32,000 nt of DNA from the NCBI RefSeq assembly GCF_000092105.1, contig NC_014148.1:4290001-4322000 (forward strand). Reading direction: 5' to 3'. The stretch is from Planctopirus limnophila DSM 3776. Its GTDB lineage: Bacteria; Planctomycetota; Planctomycetia; Planctomycetales; Planctomycetaceae. The notes under the pieces are model-generated. The model ran no database searches, was not told the DNA's origin, and saw nothing but the letters and a program-made list of their open reading frames with translations. Position 1 is the stretch's first letter, and each line of letters starts with the position of its first letter. Position numbers and translations under genes: made by a program. Below, piece after piece: positions 8,124-16,754 of this stretch.

Positions 8124-11100
8124 TCAACCGACACCCCGCACTGCCCAACCTGTCATCTGGTAGATCACCCGCCCATCGACTTCCAGCCAGCCATTGGCAA
8201 TGACCGTATTGGTTGTTCGATCAATCGAAACGATCTCGGCATCAATCGTCACCAGGCTGTCTTTGGGAATCACCTGACCACGATAGACCCATGCCTGCGG
8301 CGTACCACACACAGGTGTTTCAAAGTTCACTCCACCATGCGTACTCACGATTTCGGCTTTGACCATCCAGTGCTTGATCACCTGCAAAAAGGCTTCCAGC
8401 CCCAGCGATCCAGGCATCACCGGGTCTTCGTAGAAGTGCGCCTTGTAATACCATGCTGCCGGATTGACTTGCGCCTCCCCACGGACAAAACCAGCCAGCT
8501 CGGGCCGTCCGGGAACACTGCCCTGCTGGACCAGACAATGTGTGATCTGATCGACAAACGAATAACTCGCTTCAGGAAAAGGTGGCGCTTGTGAGAAGCT
8601 TTCCGAGGCAGCGAAATTTTCCAGCACCACACGCTTGGCATCTCGCAGGCCGACCTGATTGGCGAGTGATGCCGCTGAAAAGAACCCGAAGTAAGTCGTT
8701 CCCGAGTAGACGAGTTCATCCCGGGCAAACATCTCCATCGAGAAGTGCTGAATGATCATGCCGCCTGACATCGAAGCCTGCGTCATGCGGGCTGTGGTGG
8801 TCAACGTACCAATCTCGGGAGTCACGGGCCGATGTTGAGTCGCTTTGCCCCCGAGATTGCGAAACTTGAGATCGGTTTCGCTGGTGAGTGCTGAGCCGGC
8901 ATAAGCCGCCAGCCAGCCACAAGGTTGCAAAGCTGTTTCCAGCAGCACTGAAAATGGCATTTCGGGCTGTCGATTCGCGCTGAAATACCAGGCATCGACA
9001 GGGACATCGTACTGGGCAACGCAATGACAGCCAGCCTTCATGACAAAAGGTGGCCCACCGACTTCCACAATCCGATCCAGAAACTGAAACGGAGGGCCGG
9101 GCAGTCGCGCAATCTTGCGATCGTGGTCGAAGACTGTGTACTCGGGCCCGAAAGCTTCCGAAGGCTTGCCAATCGAATAAGCCGTAATCCTTTCGAGAGG
9201 ATAGATGGCTGGCCGCACATCGTACAGTGGAGTGTTTCCTCCACTCGCCCCGCTCTTCTTAACTTCTCTTATTCCCTCTCCCTCTGGGAGAGGGTTAGGG
9301 TGAGGGTCTTCAATCTTCCTTCCCGCCCAGATCGCTTCCACACGGGCTTTCGTCAGCCCCGTGAACCGCAGCGACATGTTGCTGATTTCCACAATCGGCT
9401 TGCCATCTGCGAACATCAGCGCATCGGCCAGGCAATAGGCATCTCCATGGGAACCCTCTCTCCCATAACCCAGCTCGCGAATCGTGACTTCGTACCAGAC
9501 CTCTTTCGTTGAGGCCAGCACCTGCCCCCGGCACTTGAGCCGACTTTCGATCCCCACGACCGGTTCCGATACCACCTCACCCGTTTCCCCCACCCACCCC
9601 ATGCGGAGCAGATAAATCCGCAACGTGTGCAGGCAGCACTCATACATCAACGTCCCCGGCATCACATGGTCATCACAGAAGTGACATTCGAGGAACCAGT
9701 CGTCGGGATGGATATCGAGTGCGGCACGAATCCGTCCCAGCCCATACTTCCCACCACCGGGTTCAATCTCGAGGACTCGATCCACGAGTCTCAGCTTGCC
9801 ACCCGGAATGGTGTAAGGCTTGTGCAGTGGCAGCCCGGCAAATGCCTGACCAAAAGCACCGACAAGATCTCCCTCTCTCAGCTGTTCGACCTGTGCGTCA
9901 CTCAGATTCCCTGGTGTGATGGCAACGGGTTCGAGCCAATCGGCCGGGAGCTTGCCAGGCCGCGGTGCGAGATCGAGTGTGCTGTGGATGATCCCTTTCC
10001 CTGCTGCCAACGCCGATTCGGTGAAGAACCCGGCACACCCTTCGCGCATCGTAATCAGTGGCTCGCCATTGACTGTTCCATCGAATTCAAATTTGAACAG
10101 CCAGGTCTCACCCTGCTGGAAGAATTTGAGAATGCGAATGTTATAGACAATCGTTTCGCCAGGAACTGGCAGACCCCGGTGGAATGTGACAATCGCATCG
10201 AGAAGACGATAAACCGCCAGGCCACGGGTTTGCAGATCTATCCCCAGCCAGCCCGCGAGAAAGAGATCGGCCTGACCTGATTCTACCGCAATCGCGGTCG
10301 GGATTCGTCCACCATCCAGATACCACCGCGCTGCGTGCACATCGTGTTCTGTCACCACGCAGCCGTGCGACATCGACAGTGGTTCGCCTTCGATGTTCGT
10401 GATTCGATCCACCAACATGAGTGGCTCATCCGGCAGCCGCACACGCGTGGGGTACTGGTCGGCCGCTGCAAAGAGTGGCCCCAGTGCCTCGCCAATTTTC
10501 CCAATCGCGAACTCCAGACACTCCTCGCGCGAGAGACTCCGCGGCGGTGTCGATTTATCGCGTTTCGAGGCAGCCGAATTCGTACTCAGAACCACTTCCT
10601 GATGAGGAGCGAGCTCGAACTCACCTTCTGCCTGCAAACGGGCTAACCGCTCTTCAAAAGCCAGATAGGCCGCTTCAGCAGCATCGAGAGTTTCTGGGGA
10701 ATTCATCGTCATGGGCGTCGCACTTGATGTCTTGGTATCAATCAGTTGTTCAGCAGCAATCTCCTCTCCCTCAGGGAGAGGCCGATTATTTATTCCCTCT
10801 CCCTCAGGGAGAGGGCCAGGGTGAGGGTGAGACTCTGAGCGAGAACTTTCATTCCGCAGTAATTCTTGCAGAACACCCGCGACTTCGCTTGTCACAACGG
10901 GGATCTGCTTCCAGTTCAAGCGTCGGATCGGGATCTCGATCTGCGGGCTGTTGGGCAGGCTCGCAGTCTTTCGTTTTCCTTCAAAGAGCTTCGTGAGCTG
11001 GCATGGTGCGAAGAGTGGAGCCAAATCGACAGCCACTCCCCGGACAGCGAGCCACGCGAGTGTACGGACAAAATGTCGCACGGGATGAGCTGTCAGCGGG

Positions 11101-14100
11101 CAGGCGCTCCGCACGGAAACTTGTTGATCACGGTTTGTGAGAATGGTTTCAATCAAACGCGTGCAGGTGCTGCCCGGGCCAATCTCCAGAAACAGATTAG
11201 TTCCCTCCTGGCGGGCGGCTTCAATGACTGCCGGGAAATCAATCGTATGCAGTGCCTGCGAAGTGATTGCTTCCGCACAGGCCGTCGTGGAAGGGATGTA
11301 GGCCTTCGATGTCGCTGTGCTGTAGACCGTGATCTCTGGTCGCAGTTGAACAGGCAACAGATGCAGTGCCCGCCACTGATCTTCCACCTGCTGCACAAAA
11401 CCCAAATGGACTGTACTGGGCGCCGGCAAAGGTGTGATCGAGAGCGAAAGCTCTTCCAGCATTTCGGTCACTTGCGCTGCATCGCCGCCAATCAGGCATT
11501 TTTGCGGAGCGAGTACAATCAGTAATGCCACCTTTGGTTTTCTGGCAATGGCTGGCCAGAGTCGATCAGCCGGGCATTCGACCACTCCACTCGTCCAGGG
11601 GACAGGTTCATCGGGAGGAATGTTCCATGCCTGGCGGGCCGTATCGAACGGTGGTGTTAATAGACCGGTAAACAGTCGCGAGGCCAGCATGCGCGACAGC
11701 ATTTCATCGCGGGCTGTCCAGATTCTTAATCCGAAGAGTGCTGAGGATTCCCCGAGACTGTTACCAATCGCGGCTTGAGGAACGACTCCAAAGCGGGCCA
11801 GGAGATCGCACATCAATGTGGCCAGCGTCACCTGTCCGAAAATCATCGCCCGATGATCGCCCGCTATGGCTGCTGACGATTCACCATTCCACAACAAGTC
11901 AGGCCGGTACTGATCGGCCAGTCGCAGATTCTCGCGATCCTGCTGTTCGAGGATCTCCGGAAAAGCCTGCCCAAGCTCTCGTCCCATCCCCAGAAAATGG
12001 CTCCCCGAACCTGGAAAAACAAAGGCCAGCTGAGGATTCTGAGGTGCTGAAGAAAGGTAGAGCACACCCTCCTGGCTCAACTCTTCCTGGCCTGAAGCGG
12101 TCGTGATTTGCTCCAGCAAGCTCACCACTGATGCATTCGACGAAACCATCAGAATGGCGAGTGGTCGCGTTACTCCTTGCGGGCGGACTGCATACACCTC
12201 GCAAAAGTGCCGCCACCGGCTGGGCCCCACATGCCGCCCACTCAAACCATTGACAGCCGAGTTCTCCCACGCAGTCAGTAACGAACGCGCCCGCTCTGCC
12301 AGTTGATGTTGGGTTGTCAGGTGAGCAGGCGAAGCTTCTGCAATGCTGTCTGCCTCGTTACCAAATGTTTGTGGCTCAGGCCAGATCACCAGCGGCAATT
12401 CGGTTAAGTGTGGCCTGGTCGCTTCCAGCGATGATAACACCGGCTGTGGAGCTTCCTTAAGCCGAAGCACACTCCACAAGCCTGTCGGAGATTCACATCT
12501 GATGGTGGCTTGGCGCGAACCTTCAGCTCGATTTCTCAACCAGTATTGCCAGCCCTTGGCGCTTTTCCCGAGGGCATCGGCTGCACCGGGTGGGAGTGAT
12601 CGCGTCGCGAGGCAAGCCACAGCGGCAATCGCGTCGATCATCCCGGAAGCCACACCCGCAGGCCCCAAAAGAGCCGAGATTGAAGGAAAGACGTGTGGTA
12701 GTTCCTGAGATGGAGCCTCACCGGCACCAGACGTGATATTCTCGATCAAGGCATAGATCTGATCACCATCGCGCTGGGCATCCGAGAGCCGTTTGAGGAC
12801 GAAAGCACCGGCACCATAGGTCGAGTTGTCGGGAAGCGTACTCTTCCACAACCCGGTTTGATCAGCATCCGGCAGATCGACAGCGCACGCCAGAGCCAGA
12901 TCGATTTCTCTTAATCGTAGCGCCTCGCTGGCCTGACGGAGGGCTTCAAAACTGCTGGCCTCTTCGCTCGAAAGGACAAACGAGGGGCCGCCGCAATCGA
13001 GTTCGCGGGCGACGCGACTGGCCACAATCCCACCGAGATTTCCCATCACTCGATTGGGGGTGAGCGGAGGATGCAGCCCATTCACCAAAGATTCGATGAC
13101 GGCTGCGTGATCTTCGGTCGCAGAGATTCCCGAGTCGCGCAGTTCCTGTTCGAGTCGCCAGCGTAAATGAAAGTTCGACGATTCGATATCGAGGGCAATG
13201 CCGACAAACAGCCCGCAGCGATCTCCTAAGGAGCCTTCAAGACCCGCATGTGCTTTGGCTTCGCTGGCCACATCGAGCATCAGACCCTGTTGAGGGAGCA
13301 TATCCTGCTGCTCGACGGGAGGGATCCGAAAACGCTGCACAGGCCAGGAGAGTTGAGGATCTTCCGTTGGTACAGCTTCCCGTTCGGGATGTCGGCTTTG
13401 CCACCGCTCGAACAGTTGCTCGATCGATGCTTCGCCAAGTGCTGCCGAGAAACCGATGATCGCGACTGGCTCTTGTTCCGGCTGTGGCGTTGTCAGTTCG
13501 GTGGCGACACTCACCTGGACCGGGTGATGAGTTGAGGGGGAATCTGTCTCCTTTCCAGATTCTTCGTCGAGAAACTCTTCCACCAGCAGATGCCCGTTGA
13601 TGCCGCCAAATCCAAAACCATTCACAGCGGCACGCCGGGGGAGACCATGACCTGGGGCTTCCCAGCGTTGACTCTCGCGCAAAACTGCAAAGGGAGAATG
13701 TGGTTCCTGGAGCAGACCGGCTGGCTGCTCATAATTGGCAGTACAGGGCAATATCTGATGCTTGAGAGCCAGCACGACTTTCATCAGAGCAGCCGCACCG
13801 GCACCCGTCAGCAGATGGCCCACATTCGATTTCACTGCTCCCAGCACAGCCCGGGATGAGCGATAGCCTGCCTGCCGCCAGAGTTCATGCAGGCTGGCAA
13901 TCTCGACCTGATCTCCGACTGGTGTTCCCGTGGCATGACATTCGATGAGATCAACACTTTCGGGTAACCATCCCGCCCGCTGATAAGCCGCCCGCATGGC
14001 CCTTAACTGGCCTTCCGCCCGAGGTGAAAGCAGGCTGCCACCCCGATCATTCGAAAGCCCCGCCTCCACCAGCACGGCATGAATTTCCAGGCCGGCTGCA

Positions 14101-15038
14101 ATCGCATCCTGGAGCCTCATCAACAGGAACATCCCCGCTCCCTCACCGACGACCAACCCATCGGCGCGGGCATCGAGTGGACGGCACTTCTGCCCTTGAG
14201 AGAGCGCCTTGAGCTGTGAAAATCCAATCTGTGTGTACTGGCAATCGGGTCGGGAAAGCCCTCCCGCCAGCATCACGTCGGCCCGTCCCGCGCGGAGTTC
14301 ATTCATCGCCAGCTTGACGGCGTAGATCGATGAGGCACAGGCGGCATCGAGTGTGAATGCCGGGCCACGCCAGCCGAGTTCGCGAGCAATGATCGCTGCA
14401 GGCAAGCTCAGCGCGTATCGGTTCTGCTCAGACCAGCGCTGGGAATCTGCCGAGCCGTGGGGCCCAGGTGATTTTGTTCCCGTGGAGGCCTCGAGCACTT
14501 TCGAGAGGTATCTCGAACCGAGAACATCCCAGCACAGATCGTTGATGGATTCGATGGGGAGAGCGATGCTGCCGAGGATCACACCACAGCGGGCCGGGTC
14601 AAACGTCTGCAGGTTCAGCGAGCCGGCTGGCCTGTTCTGATCTGTCCCCCGCAGCAGTGAGTTTTGTGTGCTCTCGATCGTCTGGAAGGCCGTCTTCAGC
14701 CCGAGGCGAAAGAGGGGATCGAGCCCGTTCCATTCGGCTTCAGTGATGGAGGGCAGATGTTGGGAAATGGACGGCCGGTGGGGAAAGAGATTCCAGACCC
14801 CTTCATCGAGATAACAGCCCCAGGTCGAGAGGGCTTTATCCGGCTGAGAAAACGGCCCCAGTGCATAGCGGCTCTCCAACCTCCAGCGACCCTGCGGAAC
14901 ATTTCTCCCGGCATCAACACCTGAGTGAATATTGCTCCAGAAGCCACGCAAATCGCCCGCTCCGGGAAAGTACCCTCCCAGGCCGACAATGGCGATTTTC
15001 TCATGGGAATCAGCAGAGCTTGGGGAACGTTGAGACAC
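8124..15038 (-). CDS. pfaC: PfaC-type PUFA/polyketide synthase subunit: KS - chain-length-factor (inactive KS) - acyltransferase - two tandem FabA-like dehydratase modules
   Basis: 2304 aa with a GTG start at 15038.
- KS: IAIVGLGGYFPGA, TLDAACASS (Cys234, codon 14337-14339), ECHATGTPVGD, KSNVGHLLTGAG.
- Second KS-like domain (about aa 525-900): the active-site position reads FVLSSEEASS, with no Cys, so it is a CLF.
- AT: FVFPGSGSHFLGMG and GNSLGES (Ser about 1094, codon 11757-11759).
- Two DH modules: LFLAGWLGID plus HFCDDHVMPGTL (about aa 1785), and WLAAYAGS plus HFYEDPVMPGSL (about aa 2202).
- I saw no ACP (GxDS), KR or ER motif. Confidence 0.9.
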   Translation of the reverse strand: MSQRSPSSADSHEKIAIVGLGGYFPGAGDLRGFWSNIHSGVDAGRNVPQGRWRLESRYALGPFSQPDKALSTWGCYLDEGVWNLFPHRPSISQHLPSITEAEWNGLDPLFRLGLKTAFQTIESTQNSLLRGTDQNRPAGSLNLQTFDPARCGVILGSIALPIESINDLCWDVLGSRYLSKVLEASTGTKSPGPHGSADSQRWSEQNRYALSLPAAIIARELGWRGPAFTLDAACASSIYAVKLAMNELRAGRADVMLAGGLSRPDCQYTQIGFSQLKALSQGQKCRPLDARADGLVVGEGAGMFLLMRLQDAIAAGLEIHAVLVEAGLSNDRGGSLLSPRAEGQLRAMRAAYQRAGWLPESVDLIECHATGTPVGDQVEIASLHELWRQAGYRSSRAVLGAVKSNVGHLLTGAGAAALMKVVLALKHQILPCTANYEQPAGLLQEPHSPFAVLRESQRWEAPGHGLPRRAAVNGFGFGGINGHLLVEEFLDEESGKETDSPSTHHPVQVSVATELTTPQPEQEPVAIIGFSAALGEASIEQLFERWQSRHPEREAVPTEDPQLSWPVQRFRIPPVEQQDMLPQQGLMLDVASEAKAHAGLEGSLGDRCGLFVGIALDIESSNFHLRWRLEQELRDSGISATEDHAAVIESLVNGLHPPLTPNRVMGNLGGIVASRVARELDCGGPSFVLSSEEASSFEALRQASEALRLREIDLALACAVDLPDADQTGLWKSTLPDNSTYGAGAFVLKRLSDAQRDGDQIYALIENITSGAGEAPSQELPHVFPSISALLGPAGVASGMIDAIAAVACLATRSLPPGAADALGKSAKGWQYWLRNRAEGSRQATIRCESPTGLWSVLRLKEAPQPVLSSLEATRPHLTELPLVIWPEPQTFGNEADSIAEASPAHLTTQHQLAERARSLLTAWENSAVNGLSGRHVGPSRWRHFCEVYAVRPQGVTRPLAILMVSSNASVVSLLEQITTASGQEELSQEGVLYLSSAPQNPQLAFVFPGSGSHFLGMGRELGQAFPEILEQQDRENLRLADQYRPDLLWNGESSAAIAGDHRAMIFGQVTLATLMCDLLARFGVVPQAAIGNSLGESSALFGLRIWTARDEMLSRMLASRLFTGLLTPPFDTARQAWNIPPDEPVPWTSGVVECPADRLWPAIARKPKVALLIVLAPQKCLIGGDAAQVTEMLEELSLSITPLPAPSTVHLGFVQQVEDQWRALHLLPVQLRPEITVYSTATSKAYIPSTTACAEAITSQALHTIDFPAVIEAARQEGTNLFLEIGPGSTCTRLIETILTNRDQQVSVRSACPLTAHPVRHFVRTLAWLAVRGVAVDLAPLFAPCQLTKLFEGKRKTASLPNSPQIEIPIRRLNWKQIPVVTSEVAGVLQELLRNESSRSESHPHPGPLPEGEGINNRPLPEGEEIAAEQLIDTKTSSATPMTMNSPETLDAAEAAYLAFEERLARLQAEGEFELAPHQEVVLSTNSAASKRDKSTPPRSLSREECLEFAIGKIGEALGPLFAAADQYPTRVRLPDEPLMLVDRITNIEGEPLSMSHGCVVTEHDVHAARWYLDGGRIPTAIAVESGQADLFLAGWLGIDLQTRGLAVYRLLDAIVTFHRGLPVPGETIVYNIRILKFFQQGETWLFKFEFDGTVNGEPLITMREGCAGFFTESALAAGKGIIHSTLDLAPRPGKLPADWLEPVAITPGNLSDAQVEQLREGDLVGAFGQAFAGLPLHKPYTIPGGKLRLVDRVLEIEPGGGKYGLGRIRAALDIHPDDWFLECHFCDDHVMPGTLMYECCLHTLRIYLLRMGWVGETGEVVSEPVVGIESRLKCRGQVLASTKEVWYEVTIRELGYGREGSHGDAYCLADALMFADGKPIVEISNMSLRFTGLTKARVEAIWAGRKIEDPHPNPLPEGEGIREVKKSGASGGNTPLYDVRPAIYPLERITAYSIGKPSEAFGPEYTVFDHDRKIARLPGPPFQFLDRIVEVGGPPFVMKAGCHCVAQYDVPVDAWYFSANRQPEMPFSVLLETALQPCGWLAAYAGSALTSETDLKFRNLGGKATQHRPVTPEIGTLTTTARMTQASMSGGMIIQHFSMEMFARDELVYSGTTYFGFFSAASLANQVGLRDAKRVVLENFAASESFSQAPPFPEASYSFVDQITHCLVQQGSVPGRPELAGFVRGEAQVNPAAWYYKAHFYEDPVMPGSLGLEAFLQVIKHWMVKAEIVSTHGGVNFETPVCGTPQAWVYRGQVIPKDSLVTIDAEIVSIDRTTNTVIANGWLEVDGRVIYQMTGWAVRGVG
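9271..9307. repeat. REP-like palindromic element, in frame in the DH1-DH2 linker of the megasynthase
   Basis: Sequence is attccctctccctctgggagagggttagggtgagggt. It contains a perfect 9-bp stem (ccctctccc / gggagaggg) with a 3-nt loop. It matches the copy at 10792-10829 at 34 of 37 aligned positions. On the minus strand it encodes PHPNPLPEGEGI. Confidence 0.85.
10759..10829. repeat. Two tandem REP-like palindromic elements (one truncated, one full), in frame in the AT-DH linker of the megasynthase
   Basis: 10759-10782 is atctcctctccctcagggagaggc, with stem cctctccc/gggagagg and loop tca. 10792-10829 is attccctctccctcagggagagggccagggtgagggtg. Together they encode HPHPGPLPEGEGINNRPLPEGEEI on the minus strand (aa about 1404-1427). 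Confidence 0.85.
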
Positions 15039-15460
15039 TGGGCGTCAGATCATTCAAAAGTCGAATTTCAAACTGGCTCACGTCTGTTCATAGATCCAGG
15101 CGTAGCTCTTGGCAGCAACAGCCCCCCAGTCTACCCAGACAGCAAACCTCAGGCGACTGGCAGGGCTCATTCTAAGGGAAGAAAAGTGCAACGCGCATCC
15201 TTAGCAAAACAAAAGGCGAAATGTCAATAACCGCCTCACACACGAGGAGATCGCTTCGAGAGAGCAGCCACGCTTCTTTCGCAGTTTTTAATGGGGGCGG
15301 AATTATCTCTCGTGAGATAAGCCGTCCACGATCTGACGACTTCATGCAATCACAAGCCCATTCGGTCAGCACCAAAGCCTAGAAAGTCAATGCTTTAATC
15401 TTATGTTTTCTTGTTCATTTGTTGTTTAGTAACAAAATTTAAATGAGATAGGAATTGTCG

Positions 15461-15488
15461 TTGACTTTTAAATTACTTGTGAAATGAT
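15461..15488 (+). promoter_or_regulatory. Candidate sigma70-type promoter for the orphan secreted-protein gene
   Basis: TTGACT (15461-15466), a 16-nt spacer, then AATGAT (15483-15488), preceded by TGa (extended -10-like). It lies in a very AT-rich stretch 55 nt upstream of the ATG at 15543. This is pattern matching only. Confidence 0.3.
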
Positions 15489-15542
15489 CACTCCCACGCT
15501 CACCAAAAGAAATTGTGTTCACAAGAATTTCAGGAGCCCGCG

Positions 15543-16388
15543 ATGATGAAACATGCATTTATTGGTCTGGCGCTACTCATCCATGTTGTCACTGTAGTTA
15601 GTGATGCTGAAGCTACTCTTCCGCGTTTTCTCAGGGCAGCAGGCGACGGAATGCGTACAAGAATCAAAAGTACCGCAGGTGGAATCATTTACGGCGGCAC
15701 TCCATTTGACACTGTTGAATATAATAGTGGATGGGTTGATAGTGCTGTTGGGGATGCGACAGCAGCGATTGATTCAGGTGGTGTTTCTTCATTCTCTACA
15801 GCGGACTCTGCAATTGGCGTAGGTCTTGATGGTCAAACATTAATCTCAACTCCTTTATTATCTCAAGGAGTTATTCTACTTGAGGATTCGGGGACCGGAA
15901 CCGTCAATGGAAGTGTGGGGGTTTTAACAGAATGGGATGTTGAGTGGGTCGTAGATGATGAGGGTGGGCTTCGCGATTTTTCTCATGAGTACACAGTGCA
16001 ATGCGAAATATCGCTTTCTCATTCAATGTTGGCGACGGGAGGTATGTCAACAATGGAGATGATGGCATTCCCTTCAAAAGTTGGTTATGCGGGTAGTTCG
16101 ATAAAGTATGGCGACTCTTTCTTTATTAAGATAGAGGCAGGGGGTGAGGTTATTGAAGTGACTTTTGATGAGTATGAAGGTGAATGGATTTCGAATAATG
16201 GTGTTATTTCTGTATCATACCCCAGCAATGACGATGTTGAAATTGTAGTGAGCAAGAACGTAGTACTCGAAGATGGTGATTCTGTTTCCATTACAGGACA
16301 AATCGGTGTTAATTATACAATATTATCAGCTGATCCTGCTGTTGAGGGTGTTTATACATTGGCTGTTGACGCAAAGCTCATACCCTAG
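15543..16388 (+). CDS. Orphan secreted protein (no recognisable domain), low-GC gene
   Basis: The track ORF starts at TTG 15513. ATG 15543 is preceded by AGGAG (15532-15536) at 6-nt spacing. MMKHAFIGLALLIHVVTVVSDAEA is a signal peptide. The mature part is rich in G/V/S/D/E and looks beta-rich. An open frame of about 280 codons in roughly 40% GC DNA is unlikely by chance. Confidence 0.6.
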   Translation: MMKHAFIGLALLIHVVTVVSDAEATLPRFLRAAGDGMRTRIKSTAGGIIYGGTPFDTVEYNSGWVDSAVGDATAAIDSGGVSSFSTADSAIGVGLDGQTLISTPLLSQGVILLEDSGTGTVNGSVGVLTEWDVEWVVDDEGGLRDFSHEYTVQCEISLSHSMLATGGMSTMEMMAFPSKVGYAGSSIKYGDSFFIKIEAGGEVIEVTFDEYEGEWISNNGVISVSYPSNDDVEIVVSKNVVLEDGDSVSITGQIGVNYTILSADPAVEGVYTLAVDAKLIP

Positions 16389-16754
16389 TTGTATGAGCAA
16401 TTCATCATTATCTTTAAGTGTATTTGAGAATTCGTCGATTGCTCAATTTCTAACAAGACTGCGACTTTCTCTTCTAAAACAAACGTTGTGCTTTTGGTTG
16501 TAAGCCGGGTGATGCTGATATGCCAGCCATACCGAAATGGCTCAGATCGTGCCTAAAAGGCACCTCGATGCAAATTGCGAGTGATCTCACTGTTTATGTA
16601 ACTTCTGGATAGCCCAATCTCGACATTGAGATGAAGACCAAGTAGTGACGATACACGTCAAACAATGCCTCTGACTACCAGGAAATACGCCATATGCCAT
16701 CACAGGATGATTCCTGAAGTGACACATGGCGTTTTACCTTTTGATACGTTGGTA

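Noticed and set aside
7465-8163. 232-aa plus-strand ORF. Similar long plus-strand ORFs lie inside 8124-15038, for example 9627..10280, 10421..10996 and 10866..11525.
   Set aside because: They lie antisense to ORFs with unambiguous thiolase and PKS motifs. Their translations are Arg/Pro/Ser-rich with no motifs. They are typical shadow ORFs of GC-rich coding DNA.
9271-10829. Possibility that the repeated palindromic elements are a CRISPR array.
   Set aside because: There are only three copies with irregular spacing (about 10 bp and about 1.45 kb). All sit inside a long intact coding frame, and there are no cas genes. They are REP/MITE-like palindromes.
12340-13465. Second KS-like domain of the megasynthase as an active ketosynthase.
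   Set aside because: The position equivalent to the active-site Cys reads FVLSSEEASS, with no Cys. This is the hallmark of a chain-length-factor-type inactive KS.
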